Shown here: piece after piece, positions 25,171 to 37,747 of the stretch | How positions within the stretch are numbered: position 1 is the first letter of the stretch | How the letters are laid out: the number at the start of each line of letters is the position of its first letter | Origin: Felis catus | Lineage: Eukaryota | Direction of reading: 5' to 3' | Assembly (NCBI RefSeq): GCF_018350175.1 | Contig: NC_058368.1 | Coordinates: 151,592,001 to 151,656,000 of the forward strand | Length of the DNA: 64,000 nucleotides | Position numbers and translations under genes: made by a program | The notes under the pieces: generated by a model | The model's input: only the letters and a program-made list of their open reading frames with translations | Database searches by the model: none | What the model was told of the DNA's origin: nothing

Positions 25171-26291
25171 ATGAAACTGGAGTACTTCCTCATACTATAC
25201 ACAAAAACAAACTCAAAATGAACTAAAGACCTAAATGTCAGGCCTGAAACCATAAAACTCCTGAAAGAAAATATAGGCATTCATTTCTTTGGCATCAGCC
25301 ATAGCACCATTTTTCTAGATATATCTCCTCAGGAAAGGGAAACAAAAGAAAATTAAACTAATGGGAGTACATGAAATAAAAAGCTTTTGCATAGCTAAGG
25401 AAACCATCAACAAACCAAAAGGCAACCTAGTGGATGGAAGAAAATACTTGCAAATGATATATCCAATAAGGGGTTAACATCCAAAAAGTATAAAGAACAT
25501 ATACTTCTCAATATCAAAAAGATATCCCAAATAACTGATTAAAAATGGGCAGAATGGGGCACCTGGGTGACTCAGTCTGTTAAACGTCTGGCTCTTGACC
25601 TCAGCTCAGGTCATGATCTCACAGTTTGTGAGTTCGAGCTTCACAATGGGCTCTGTGCTGGCAGTGCAGAGCCTGCCTGGGCTCTCTCTCTCCCTCTCTC
25701 TCTCTCTCTGCCCCTCCCTTGCTCATGTGCTCTGTTTCTCTCTCAAAATAAACAAATTAAAAAAAAATTTTAAAAACTGGGCAAAGGACCTGAATAGATA
25801 TCTTTCCAAAGAAGGCATACAAATAGCCAACAGACATATGAAAAGATGTCACTAATCATCAGGAAAATGCAAATAAAAACCACAGTGTTGCAGAATCAAA
25901 CCATCACCAAACACCTGTCATAATGACTAGCATCAAAAGATAAGAAATAACAAGTGTGTTGGTGAGGATGTGGAGAAAAAGGAAACTTTGCACACCATTG
26001 GTGCAAATGCAAATAGATGTAACCACTGTGAAAAACTGTATGGTTTTCTCAAAAAATAAAAAATAGGATTATTATAGGATCCATTAATTCCACTAATAAT
26101 TACCCAAATAAAATTAAAATACTAATTTGAAAAGAATTTATGCACCCCCATGTTTATTACAGCATTGTTTACAATAGCCAAGATACAGAAGCAACCCAAG
26201 TGTACATTCATAGATGAATGAAAAAGAATATCTATATCTATACCTGTATCTATATCTTTTTATATATGTATGTATATGTGTGTGTATATAC

Positions 26292-26340
<49 letters not shown>

Positions 26341-26750
26341 ATATATGTATATACAATAGAATATTACCCAGCCATAAAAAAAGAGTGAGATCTTGACATT
26401 TGCAACAATGAGGATAGACCTAGAGGGTATGATGCTAAGTGAAAAAAACAGAGAAAGACAAATACTGTATGATTAAAATTTAAGAGGAAAAAAATGAACA
26501 AAGGAAATAAGAGTCAAAAAAAAAAAACCAAAAAAAAAAAAAAAACAAACAAACAAACCCCAGACTCTTGAAGACAGAGAACAAAGTGGTTATTGCTAGA
26601 AGGATTGTGGGTCGTGAGGAGCGTGAGATTGATAAAAGATATTAAGAGTACATTTATCTTGATGAGCACTGAGTAATGTATAGAATTATTGAATCATTGT
26701 ACATCTGAAACTAATGTAACACTGTGTGTTAATTATACTTCAGTACAAAA
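25171..26750 (+). mobile_element. L1 insertion C: non-inverted 3' segment
   Basis: Starts ATGAAACTGGA, runs through the ORF2 end (NWAKDLNRYLSKEGIQIANRHMKRC) and an older-type 3'UTR ending GTTAATTATACTTCAGTACAAAA. Confidence 0.92.
25556..25770 (+). mobile_element. Can-SINE inserted in L1 C
   Basis: Full body; flanking repeat TAAAAA(C)TGGGCA. Confidence 0.96.
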
Positions 26751-27062
26751 CAGGTCTTCCTCCTGTTGACTTGTTGCTGATGCTGTTGCAAGTATTAGTG
26801 ATTGTGCATGTTATTTGTGTGTGTGTAAACTTGCGAGCTAGTAATTGTAACTCTAAAAATTTATAGATTTTGTTGTTCAGAATTATAAGAGTAATACATT
26901 TTTATTTTAGAACATGTATAAATATAAAACCTAAGGTAACAGGAATATAATCCTAATACCCTGGAACAAATGTTGTTAAAATGCTATTGTATAAATTTGG
27001 CAATAGGAGGGCCTTTTCAAACTGGTCTTCACTATTTTATTCCACTTAATAATAGTCTTGAC

Positions 27063-27280
27063 GGGGCGCGTGGGTGGCTCAGTCGGTTAAGCATCCGACT
27101 TCAGCTCAGGTCATGATCTCATGGTCTGTGAGTTTGAGCCCAACGTCGGGCTTTGTGCTGACAGCTCAGAGCCTGGAACTGCTTCAGATTCTGTGTCTCC
27201 CTCTCTCTCTGACCCTCCCCTGTTCATGCTCTGTCTCTGTCTGTCTCAAAAATAAATAAACATTAAAAAAATTAAAAAAA
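27063..27280 (+). mobile_element. Can-SINE
   Basis: Perfect 15-bp TSD AATAATAGTCTTGAC at 27048-27062 and 27281-27295. Confidence 0.98.
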
Positions 27281-27556
27281 AATAATAGTCTTGACTATTT
27301 TCTCCTCTTATTAAATGTGTTCCTAATGCATGTTTTGTTATATACTTTGTATAATGTGTATGATGAGTCTTGTGTTTTTCTCTTTTCCTGTGTCAGGATG
27401 TTCTAAGACGACTAGGTACAACTGAACACTCAAAGAAGGATAGGTTTTAGAAAACTCCATGTTTAGTTTCCCTTTATATAATTCCTATACTACCTAACAC
27501 AAATTATTCAATATTATTTAAACATTTTTTCATAATTATGATACTCTTATTCTTCT

Positions 27557-28257
27557 TCGTTTTTATTGAGATACAATTCCTCTCTCTCTCGTTCATGTGT
27601 GTGTGTGTGTGTACATATATATATGTATAGTAGTTTCAGGTATACAATGTAATGATTCAGTGCTTGTATATATTGTGAAATAATCACTACAATAAGTCCA
27701 GTTAACATCCATTACCACACAGTCACAATGTTTTGTTTTTTAGAGCAAGTGAGCATAGGAGACGGGCAGAGGGAGAGGGAGAGAGAAAATCTTAAGCAGA
27801 CTCCACACACATCATGGATGGCGTAGCCCAAGCTCACTACTATGAAATCATGACCTGAGACGAAATCAAGAGTCAGATACTTAACCATCTGAGCCACCCA
27901 AGCACCGCCATAAGAAGTTCTTATGATAGAACTTCTAAGATTTGCTCTCTTAGCAACTTTTAAATATATAATGCTGTATCGTAACTGTAGTCATCATGCT
28001 GCAAATTACATCCTCATGACTTATTTATTTTATTATAAGAAGTTTACACCTTTTGACCACCTTCTTCCTTTTCACCTATCCCCAAGCTCCCATATGTAAC
28101 AACCACCTGTTTGTTCTCTGTATCTATGAATTCATTTTTTGTTTGTTGTGTTTAGATTCCATACATATGTGAGATGACATGCTGTTGGTCTTTCTCTCTT
28201 TGATTTATTTCAGTTAACATAATGCCTTCAAGGTCCATCCATGTTGTCCCAAATGGC
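27557..28257 (-). mobile_element. Old L1 3'UTR fragment (L1MA-like), SINE-interrupted
   Basis: TTTTATTGAGATACAATT...AATGATTCAGTGCTTGTATATATTGTGAAATAATCACTACAATAAGT...TTTAGATTCCATACATATGTGAGATGACATGC...CCATCCATGTTGTCCCAAATGGC. Confidence 0.8.
27730..27908 (-). mobile_element. Can-SINE (old, diverged)
   Basis: CATGACCTGAGACGAAATCAAGAGTCAGATACTTAACCATCTGAGCCACCCAAGCACC. Confidence 0.92.
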
Positions 28258-28627
28258 TCTCCCTTCTAATACAGTCTTGTATTACTCTCCTTTCTAATAC
28301 AGTCTTGAAATAAAATCTTAAATTGTGTTCAAACAAAATGTGTCTTTATCTTTGCAAACTTCTATCAGTGTTGAAAAAATTAAATGGCTCTAAGACATTT
28401 TAAGGTCAAAAATACCAATTTTAAATAATTAACTCTTCTAGCAGGATTTTCTTTAAGTAGGGCTTTAAAGTTCATTTTTTTAAATAGGCTTTAAGTATTT
28501 TGTCAAAATAACTAAAAATACTGTTATAATTAATTATACTTTAATGGTTTTTGAAATCTTCCCTATGTATTTTTTCTTTGGTAAGTGAGATTTCCATGAT
28601 AGGAAGCAAAATACTGAGAAAGACCAG

Positions 28628-29068
28628 TGTGGCAGCCAAGGATGTGCACTGTTTAGGAGCTACCTTAAGAGAGAACACATATTTAGGATCCATCTCAGCA
28701 TTCATGCTGAGGTCATATTCTAGCTGAACGTTTTATCAGTCCCTGACAGTACACTGTAGGGAAACTAGATTCCAGCCTCGCTTACCTAATGCAGCTCTAC
28801 ACTAATGGTCAATTTGTGCTCTGGGGCGACACATTGGCCTGGCTAAGACTTTCCAAGAGCTATACGGTAGTCTGAGGAGGCTCTTTTTAGTCTACCTCTT
28901 ATTTCTTTCCCTCTTCTTTCACAGGTATCAGGTCTTGTCACAATCTGAGAGCCTTCCCTGCCTTCCTGCTCACTCTCCCCTTTATCTTTTGCAGACATTC
29001 CTCCCAATGAATCACTTGCAGTTCTATTCTCTCTTCATATCTGCTTATAGGAGACACAAACTGATACA
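28628..29068 (+). mobile_element. ERVL solo LTR (LTR16-like)
   Basis: Begins TGTGGCAGCCAAGGATGTGCAC, ends CTGCTTATAGGAGACACAAACTGATACA (TG...CA termini, ~440 bp). Confidence 0.6.
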
Positions 29069-31089
29069 GTTTTTACGTACCTACTTAGTTGTTTATAATT
29101 ACAGTGGTCTATTTATTGAGGCGTATGGTCAATGCTATGCAATACCTTGCATTTATTATTTTTCATTCAAAAACAGCTCTGAATACCCTAAGCAAATAAG
29201 AGATATGATCTAAAGAATGGCAGAAATTAACATGATCTTATCAATAAAGCTAATAGTCAACGAGAAATTCCTGTTAGTTCTAAAAAAATGCTTTAAACAG
29301 CTGTTTCTTGTATTGGAGATTAAAAACTACCAACATCAGACCACAATACAATGAACAGGAAACATGATCCAGGCCTGAGGGCTCAGCATCAAGAATTCTC
29401 TGGTCACCACCCCAGTTGCCAAAATCTGAGAAAGAGACATTAGGGAATCCCATTCATTGTATTCTCAAAATACTAACAATTCCAAATGTTTTGTGGTCAA
29501 GGAACTCCCACTTCCTGTTGACAATTTGAGGAGGTTGCAAGGGCTTAGCAATATAAAATGAAATCTGCATGTAGCCAAATTACTACAATTATAGATCTTT
29601 GGGAGGGTAGGAATATATTTCTAGATGCCCCCTCTCCCCCATTAAAATAGATTTTAAAAATACTTAAAGCCTGTCAGGAATAGTTTCATTTATAAATGAA
29701 AAATATATTTCATTCATTACATTTAAAAAGAAAGAAGAGTGTTTCTACATATATTAAGACATTGCTTTAAAAATAGGTTTCAAACCAGTGGTAGGACAGC
29801 AGCAAAAGTACTCTCTGGAAACAAAAGGTAAGCTAGCTTCCACTTGACATTTTCCTTTCCATTTTTTTTCAAGCCCAAATAGGCTCTGTTGATTACCTAC
29901 CATGTTCAAGCCAATGTTTCTTAGATATTGTTCCCTGTTTCTTATGGAAACTAAAGAGAAACTCATGACTGAAGCATGATCTTGATCCTTCAGTTATCAC
30001 GCTGTGTCCATGTCCCTTCACCATCCATCTATCCCTTCTGACTGATTCACCTCCCATAGACTCTAGGAGAGTCTAAGATGCATTCATCACTGTCTCAATG
30101 GATCATACACATGTTCCAAATATTTGTTATGCATCTACCTCCAGACACAGTGATACCCTTAAGGAAAAGAATCTGTATTCTTCTCAATGTTGCTTCCCCT
30201 GTGCCTTTCCCAGTTCTTGGTTGGCACTTGATAAATGTATGTTACAGTTAGAGTCATCTAATACTCACTTTTGAACCATATAGTGCAGATCATGACCTCT
30301 TTCCCCCCAAAATGTATTTCCAACAAATAACTATAGTATATTTAAGTAAGCTATATTATAACCATATTTTAAGATTGTCTCTCCAATGCTATGTCTGCAG
30401 TTTAACTTTCTGTATTATCTTACAGCAAGAGTGGGGATCTTGCTGGTGCATCAGTGAGGGTGCCCCTGTGAGTATCTCACTGCCAGTCAAATGGCAGAGT
30501 TCTGAATGTAGATATGAGTTCATGACTATGTGGGGAGGGGGACATGTACCTACCTACACCAAGTAAATACAGAGTAATTTATTAAAAAATATACTTTCAG
30601 AAAGCTATTCAGTATCTATTATTTACCCTTCTTATACTGTTCAAGTGCACTCCTAATCTTTTTTTGTCCTGAAATTTCTTGAGAAAAAATAGTTCTATTT
30701 CACATTAAAAGTTATATTACTTAACAGAAGGAATCAACTTGTTTTCATGTGATATGTATGAAGTCCTAAATGTGGATGCAAGAGCCCTCAGATACCTATT
30801 AGTTACTCCCTTTCAAAGTTTTGTGCTATGGTGCCTTAAATTTTTCAATTTGAGAAATCCTAAGTTCTTTCTTTAATGATTATATTAAAATTTTATAGCT
30901 GTCACAATGGAACAAAAACCCTTCCTTTAAATACAGTTTTCAAGAAGTTGGTGCTTAAGTATGATGTTCACTTTCTTGGTAGAATAACACCTTTTGGTAA
31001 ATTATAAGTCCATTTCAGTAGAAATGCTGTTTCAAATATTCAAATTAATTGAATAGTTTTTTCAATTTCTATATGGAAGGAACAGTATT

Positions 31090-31320
31090 AATAATAATCA
31101 CAGTTATCATACCTTACAGTTTCTGAGTATGTCTAATTTATAAGTTATATATGTTTATACATTTATATTTTATAATCCTCATGACAAACCTATGAAGTAG
31201 ATATTATGTCTATTTTAGGGTTGGAAAAGTGAGACTCAGAAATTTAAGTGACTTGAACATCTGACAGGCAGTAAGTCTGTGAATAAATTGAAATTTGCAA
31301 ATCCAAAGTGAATGCCCTCA
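31090..31320. mobile_element. MIR relic
   Basis: TAATCCTCATGACAAACCTATGAAGTAGATATTATGTCTATTTTAGGGTTGGAAAAGTGAGACTCAGAAATTTAAGTGACTTG is the MIR core. Confidence 0.7.
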
Positions 31321-31440
31321 ATCCCCAACCTGATAACCTGTGGTGTCATGTGGAGTGTATGGGCTATGGACAGAGGAGTTTGAGTCTGCATCATTAAGAA
31401 TTAAGCGTTGAATATGCATGTATTAAAAATACCTTTCCTT

Positions 31441-31642
31441 GGGGCGCCTGGGTGGAGCAGTCGGTTAAGCGTCCGACTTCAGCCAGGTCACGATCTAGCG
31501 GTCCGTGAGTTCGAGCCCCGCGTCGGGCTCTGGGCTGATGGCTCAGAGCCTGGAGCCTGTTTCCGATTCTGTGTCTCCCTCTCTCTCTGCCCCTCCCCCG
31601 TTCATGCTCTGTCTCTGTCTCAAAAATAAATAAACGTTAAAA
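31441..31642 (+). mobile_element. Young Can-SINE (CpG-rich)
   Basis: CpGs retained throughout; perfect TSD AAAAATACCTTTCCT at 31425-31439 and 31643-31657. Confidence 0.98.
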
Positions 31643-33294
31643 AAAAATACCTTTCCTGTCATTGTTCAAAGACCAAAGATGAACTGAATTGTTGAAAATA
31701 AAACCAACTTAATACAATGCATACCTTTATGTTACATATAGAATGAAATAATGCAGATTATTGTTGATAAGCTAAAACTGTGTCCATTTCTTTTTTGTTC
31801 AATAAATTTGTATCAACTATTATTGATAGTTTTGCTGAAACCATGTGACAGTCCTAGCTGATCTGAACTGAAATATGAAAACCTTTCATGACAAAATAAA
31901 AGGCAAGGCCATGCAAAACACAGAGGACAGTAGAAATAGGGTTTTTAGGAGAATGGTGGAAAAAAAGGAATTAACCCAAAAATAGATAAAGGAAGGTTTA
32001 TTAAAAAAAAAAAAAAAAACAAAACCTGATCAATAATGCAAGTGATAGAGGAAAACAATTAAAATATATTACTCTTGTGGTAGAGTGAATTAGTTAAATA
32101 CTAAGACTTATGGTATCTCTATAGTAAAGAAATTCTTTTTAAGTTGTTAGACACAATGGTTTATATATTTTTAAGATTTTAATTATTATTTTTCAAACAA
32201 TTTAGAATTTTATTTCAGTTTCAACTCAAACTGGTAGTGCCACTTTCTACCAAAGAAGGATTGGTTATCAAATACTCTTCATTACTACAATTTTAGGCGG
32301 AACCCAGAGATGGCTGAGCAAGTCTTAGGGGACCCATTTATGGCATACAGAGGAGAAAATGTGATTCTCATCACAGAAAATAATAGCAAACAATGTGCAG
32401 GGTGTTTTAGACAGAAGAAAAATCTCCACAGCAGTATATTTGATAAGAATTATGTGCTGAAACCTTTGAACAGCTGCAAAACCAGATACAGAATATGTTT
32501 TGCAAGTAGACTATGGTCCTTGAAACAAAGCAGGTCTATCACTGCTAGCGTGGAACAGAGGCTGTGAGAGACAGACACACAAAAGAGAATGTGCATAACC
32601 CACATTCCTTCTCTATCTTTATATAACTTCCCATTTCATGATCAGAAACAAAAACACCTTGCCAGTTACAGCTGGAGAGGGGTATTTAGACTCAGTGAGT
32701 TTCCTTCTACTGTAAAAGTCTGTCAAGAGTTTGATGCCCAGAGTCTTGATGGTGTCTCCTTTACAACTGAAGGGATTTGTCAAATACATGCAATAAAAGC
32801 TTAAAGAAATACATAAGGAATTATTAAATCACACATTTCTTCTATGTAAAAACTTCTGTTCTTTTTGTTAGTTTTAGAGACTTCATCCGAAGGGGAAGAA
32901 ATTGAGCTGAATGCGTTCACTTAGCATGAGACACTATTTAAGGAGGGAGGAGAGGCAAACATGAAACTGAAATTTTCATAACAAAGAAAAAGATAAAAGA
33001 AAATAGTTACCCTTTGTTTAGTCTCTGTTAGAGAACAAATACTCATAATTAAACTGTAACTGGAATCAAAATGTAGTTTGGGATAAACAACCTAAATGGC
33101 CTCCAAGATAAATTACAGTACTCATTTCTCTATTGTTGGTTTGTTCTCTCCAGTTTTCACCAGGAAGCAGGACTGTGGGGATTCTGTACTTGTATGTCAC
33201 CACTAAGCAGGTTCTCTTATGCCAGCAAGCTTAGCAACTTGTTTGAGTCTGGCCACTTGCTCACCATCTGGAACTACTTCATATGCTCATTACC

Positions 33295-33307
33295 AAAAAA
33301 AAAAAAA

Positions 33308-33340
<33 letters not shown>
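33295..33340. repeat. poly(A)-(GA)n simple repeat
   Basis: A run followed by GA dinucleotides. Confidence 0.9.
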
Positions 33341-33899
33341 AAAGAAGGAAAATGGAGAGGAGGAGAGAAAAAGGATAAGTAACAATATTTGTTCTGGGCT
33401 GTCTTCTTTTGCAGGACTTGCTGTATGCCTACCCAGTCATCCATGCCACCTGGTGTCATGATTTATTTGACATTGGGTTCGACTACAGAATTATTCCCTA
33501 GAAATATGTAAATTCTGGATCCCATGTCATTACTCCAGATTTTCAAGAGAAAAACAGTTTTTCTTTTTTAACATTTAATTTTCAGTCTTTTGCAGCTTTT
33601 AGCCTTTATTTGCCATGATCCTTATGAAGGTATGTATGAAATGTGAGGAAAATTGACAAAGGGGACTTTTTCTAAAGAAGATACAGCCTACATGGCATTT
33701 GCTTTGGCTCACATTTTGCCATGGAATGGTGATAGGGCCTGGGAGGTGGGATGGGATGGGGTGAGAGGGTACAGCGAGCTGGTAGTCTCAGAGAGACTAA
33801 ACTCCGTTTTAGTAAGGACATGCCTTTCACCAAAATGTTTGTCCACGCTAGCCATTTCTTAGGACAAACAGAATGAGGGAACTGATACAAAAGACTTAA

Positions 33900-33922
33900 A
33901 AAAAATTTTTTTAATGTTTAGT

Positions 33923-33976
<54 letters not shown>

Positions 33977-34132
33977 AGTGCAAGAGGGGGAAGGGCAGAG
34001 AGAGAGGGAGACAGAATCTGAAGCAGGCTCCAGGCTTTGAGCTGTCGGCACAGAGATGGATGTGAGGCTCGAACTCTTGAACATTGTGATCAGAACCTGA
34101 CCCGAAGTTGAAGTGAGTCACCCAGGTGCCCC
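33900..34132 (-). mobile_element. Can-SINE with expanded (GA)n linker
   Basis: TSD ATACAAAAGACT at 33885-33896 and 34134-34145. Confidence 0.96.
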
Positions 34133-34919
34133 AATACAAAAGACTCTTTGGTTAAAACTGCATCTGTTTAAAATCTGTGGAAAACCATATTTAAAGTTTT
34201 AGTACTCAGTCAACATTTTGATTTGTAACTAGCATTGGATAATTTAATACAGAAAAAGCTTACAGATGATGTTGTCCTTATAGCCTAAAGAAACTTCCAG
34301 GTATTACGTGTGAAAAGTATTGACATTAACTCTTCTGGCTGATTTTGATTGTTTCACAAGAAAGGAGAGAAGTTCCTTGTTCACCTCCCTAAAAGTAGGG
34401 GTTAGTAATTAAGGTGCACGTGCCAAACAAGACCTGAGGGCTTATTTTCATTGGTATGCAGGCTAGTAGCCTTCTCTTGAGACAATAATCACCAGCTGCA
34501 TTTTGTAACATGTGAGAATGTGTGGGTGGACTAACCACTTCCCCACTTATCTCCTGCTTAGTCTCAATATCACTGTACCCCACCTGGCTCTCCAGAAGCA
34601 CAAATGCTACCAGCGAGGCCCCTCCCTTGTGTAAGAGATAGTCAACTCCACCTGGATCCACAGTCTAGTACTTGGTCAATCATCAGAATGTGGGAGGGGA
34701 TTATAAAGTAAGAAAAATAAAACCAGTATTTGTTTAGCATCTTACACCTGCAGGATCATCTTTATAATCTTCAAAGAAGTTAAAGAACTTTCCCAGATGA
34801 CAGAGTCGTAACTGGTTTAGGTGATTGAAACCTATGACTTCTAGCTCCAAATCTTGTCATAATTTCATTATATTTGATTCTGTGTCTTTCAAAAGAAGAT
34901 AATTATTATTCTTTAGAAG

Positions 34920-35193
34920 AAGTCTCTTAAACTGTTCCTCTCAGGAAGCACTGCTCCAGATGCTATTAATCTGTCACAAAGAAAGTGTTTTGTGATAAAC
35001 TCTTTGGGTATCTATGTGTTAAAAATCACCTCCCCCACTCCCAGGACTTCTTGGAGCCTTTAGTATATTAATGTGAATTGTGAATCTTCTAGATAGAGAT
35101 CAGGATAGCTGCACTTTGAAAAATCTCTATTTCACATAGTGCATCTGTTAACATCTCTTGAATCCATGTTCCACAGAATATGGGTGAAATGCT
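34920..35193. mobile_element. hAT-Charlie MITE relic (MER112-like)
   Basis: CAGGACTTCTTGGAGCCTTTAGTATATTAATGTGAATTGTGAATC core; ends AAACTGTTCC.../...GTTCCACAGAATATGGGTGAAATGCT resemble degenerate TIRs. Confidence 0.5.
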
Positions 35194-36790
35194 TTGAAAT
35201 ATCTAGGAAGTCTATTCTTATCAAAGGAAGAGAATAGCTTCAAATACTAGGATAATTATAAATGATATTAAGATGATCAGTTATGAAATGAAAAATATGG
35301 ACTAAAGTAGTATCCTTTATCTGTATAATATAAAGCTTATTAACTGATTTTGAACTGATTTATTTGATATTTGGATGTTACATCTTTAGATTACTTCCTT
35401 GACAATGTTCTCACGGCAAAATGTTCTCATGGCAACAAAACCCATCACAATCCCAAAGAATGCATGTCCAAGGACTAATGAAGGCTTTGTGTGAAAACTT
35501 CTCTACTCAGTGAAAACTGTTAATTTCTTATTAAAAGAGAACTTTCAGTGCCTACAATGCGCCACACATAATAGTAGATATAGAGAGAAACTTAATATAA
35601 CCTTCAAGGGCCTTATTGTCTCAAAAGGGTATGAGTCTAACAAGTATAACAAACTCCTTTTTGGAGAAGGTATCAGACAATGTTCCCAGACTACCTCATA
35701 TCAGTTGACTGTATCAAGTAGCCAATTAAATGGCAACACTATTATTCTAGTTTACTGTGGATTAAATAGAACTCAAAATTTGTCATATTTCTTTTGTGTT
35801 TGGGGCAAAAGTTCTCCCCACATCTAGTGGTCTTGGCCACTAACTCTCTTTGTATAAATTTGAATAAGCCAGTTGTTGGTTTATAGCCCTTTTCATACCT
35901 AGCTCCTAAGAGATACATGTGCCTCTGGGATTTGTGTGTAGATGAAGTGCAGTCTGTTGTACTTGGTAGCTGGCTAATATCCCTGGCAATTTTTACTCCT
36001 GAATCCTGGGTTCTACTTAATGTTTTTTTTTTAATTTTCCCTTAATTAATTTTCCCTTAATTTTCCCTCTGCTCCCTCCTGAATAGAATCTTTTGGACCA
36101 TGAGTGCTTTATTTGGTATTACACCTCAAATTCTTCTACTATATCCTTTTTGTATGTCCACGGCGTGATCTGCTTATGGTTGAGTAACCTGTACACCCAG
36201 GTTACAGATACAAACCTATATACAACTAGGGGGAACATAAAAAAAAAAACTTTACCTCTGTCTGGGAAGTCAAGATAATGTCTCTTACGCATCTCTGAAG
36301 AATGAATAAGGAGAATTTTGAAAGGAGACACTGAGGGTGAAGATTGAGAAGAGGAAGGATATTCTAGACTGAAGGAATTCCTTATGTACAGTCACACAGT
36401 GAAAGAGTTGAACAGAAAATAATTTTATATGACTAGATTATAGGATATTAAGGTAGAGATATGGTTGAACATGACAAAAATACATATAAATGTATGGACA
36501 TTAAATATAAAAATATATATTGGAGTAAAAATCAGATATAGATCTTAATAATTTTACTCTGGCAGTGACTTACAAGGTACAAATTGGGGGTAGGTGTGCT
36601 CCCATTTGGAAATGATGTGAGACTGAACTTGGAAGTTGAACTAAGTCTTTACTATAAATAGAATGTGAATCCTAGAAAATAGAACCTTTTTTTCTGCTTT
36701 GTTCACAACTATACCTTCAGCACCTGGAAAAGTGTCTGACACATAAATTGAATGAAAGTAAACGGGAGAGGACTCATTATTTATTTGGTT

Positions 36791-36880
36791 ATCCATCCAT
36801 CCATCCATCTATCCATCCATCCATCCATCCATCCATCCATCCATCCATCCTACTGTGCATCCATTCATCTATCCATCTGT
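36791..36880. repeat. (CCAT)n tetranucleotide microsatellite
   Basis: Tandem ATCC units. Confidence 0.95.
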
Positions 36881-37174
36881 CTATCAAGCAATGAATACCT
36901 GCACCATACTATCCATATCTTAGGTCCCAAAAGAATGTATAAAGTGGGAATCAGAGAAGGCTGAGGACATATACTTATAAACATTATTTAATGGTGGGGT
37001 TAAGAAAAGGAACACTGAAACAGTCTATGAAAAAGTAGAGAGGGGATGACACTAACAGTTTGTCACACTGAGAGTTAAAGGGAGACAAGATTTCAGTGAT
37101 GATAACATGATTGCCAATATTTTAGTGCTTGGATCTGGTTGACACTAGCCGGTCATTGTCCAGTGGACTTTCCC

Positions 37175-37413
37175 ACTTTTTACTGAAGTACAATTTATAA
37201 ACAGTGAACAGACCCTAAGAATATAGCTCAATAAGATTTGAAAAATACGACTCTTTGATTCACACCCTTATCAAAATACAGGACATTTCCACCTTCCCCA
37301 AAAGTTCCCTCCTGTCTTTTCCCAGTCACTTGCTCCCACAAAGAAGAGACCACTGCTGAGATTTTTTTCACCATAGATTTCTTTTGCCATTTCTTCTCTT
37401 GAATTATCACATG
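37175..37413 (-). mobile_element. Ancient L1 3'-end fragment (L1MC/ME-like)
   Basis: TCAAAATACAGGACATTTCCACCTTCCCCAAAAGTTCCCTCCTGTCTTTTCCCAGTCA...ACCACTG...TCACCATAGATT. Confidence 0.65.
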
Positions 37414-37431
37414 CATATAAGGCCATGTGAA

Positions 37432-37632
37432 TTTTTTTTAATATTTATATTTGAGAGACAGCATGACCAGGAAAGGGGCAGAGAGAGAGGGAGACACAGA
37501 ATCTAATGCAGGCTTTGGGCTCTGAGATGACAGCACAGAACCCAATGCAGGGCTCGAACCCAGAAACAAACCGCAAGATCATGACCTGAGCTGAAGCTGG
37601 ATGTTCAACTGACTGAGCCACCCAGGTGCCCC
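37432..37632 (-). mobile_element. Can-SINE
   Basis: TSD CATATAAGGCCAT at 37414-37426 and 37633-37645. Confidence 0.97.
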
Positions 37633-37747
37633 CATATAAGGCCATTTGATCCTCTGTCACAAGTCAATGATTTTCTCTTTGTGCTTCAATTTGGATAGTT
37701 TTTATTACCTAATCTTAAGTGTCTAATTAGCTATTAAACTTATGCAT

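Noticed and set aside
28258..28307. Short tandem duplications (also ~35404-35435 and ~36033-36069)
   Set aside because: Two-copy slippage duplications, which are commonplace
28895..28930. Strong polypyrimidine splice acceptor TTTCTTTCCCTCTTCTTTCACAG
   Set aside because: It lies inside the LTR16-like relic, with no supported downstream exon
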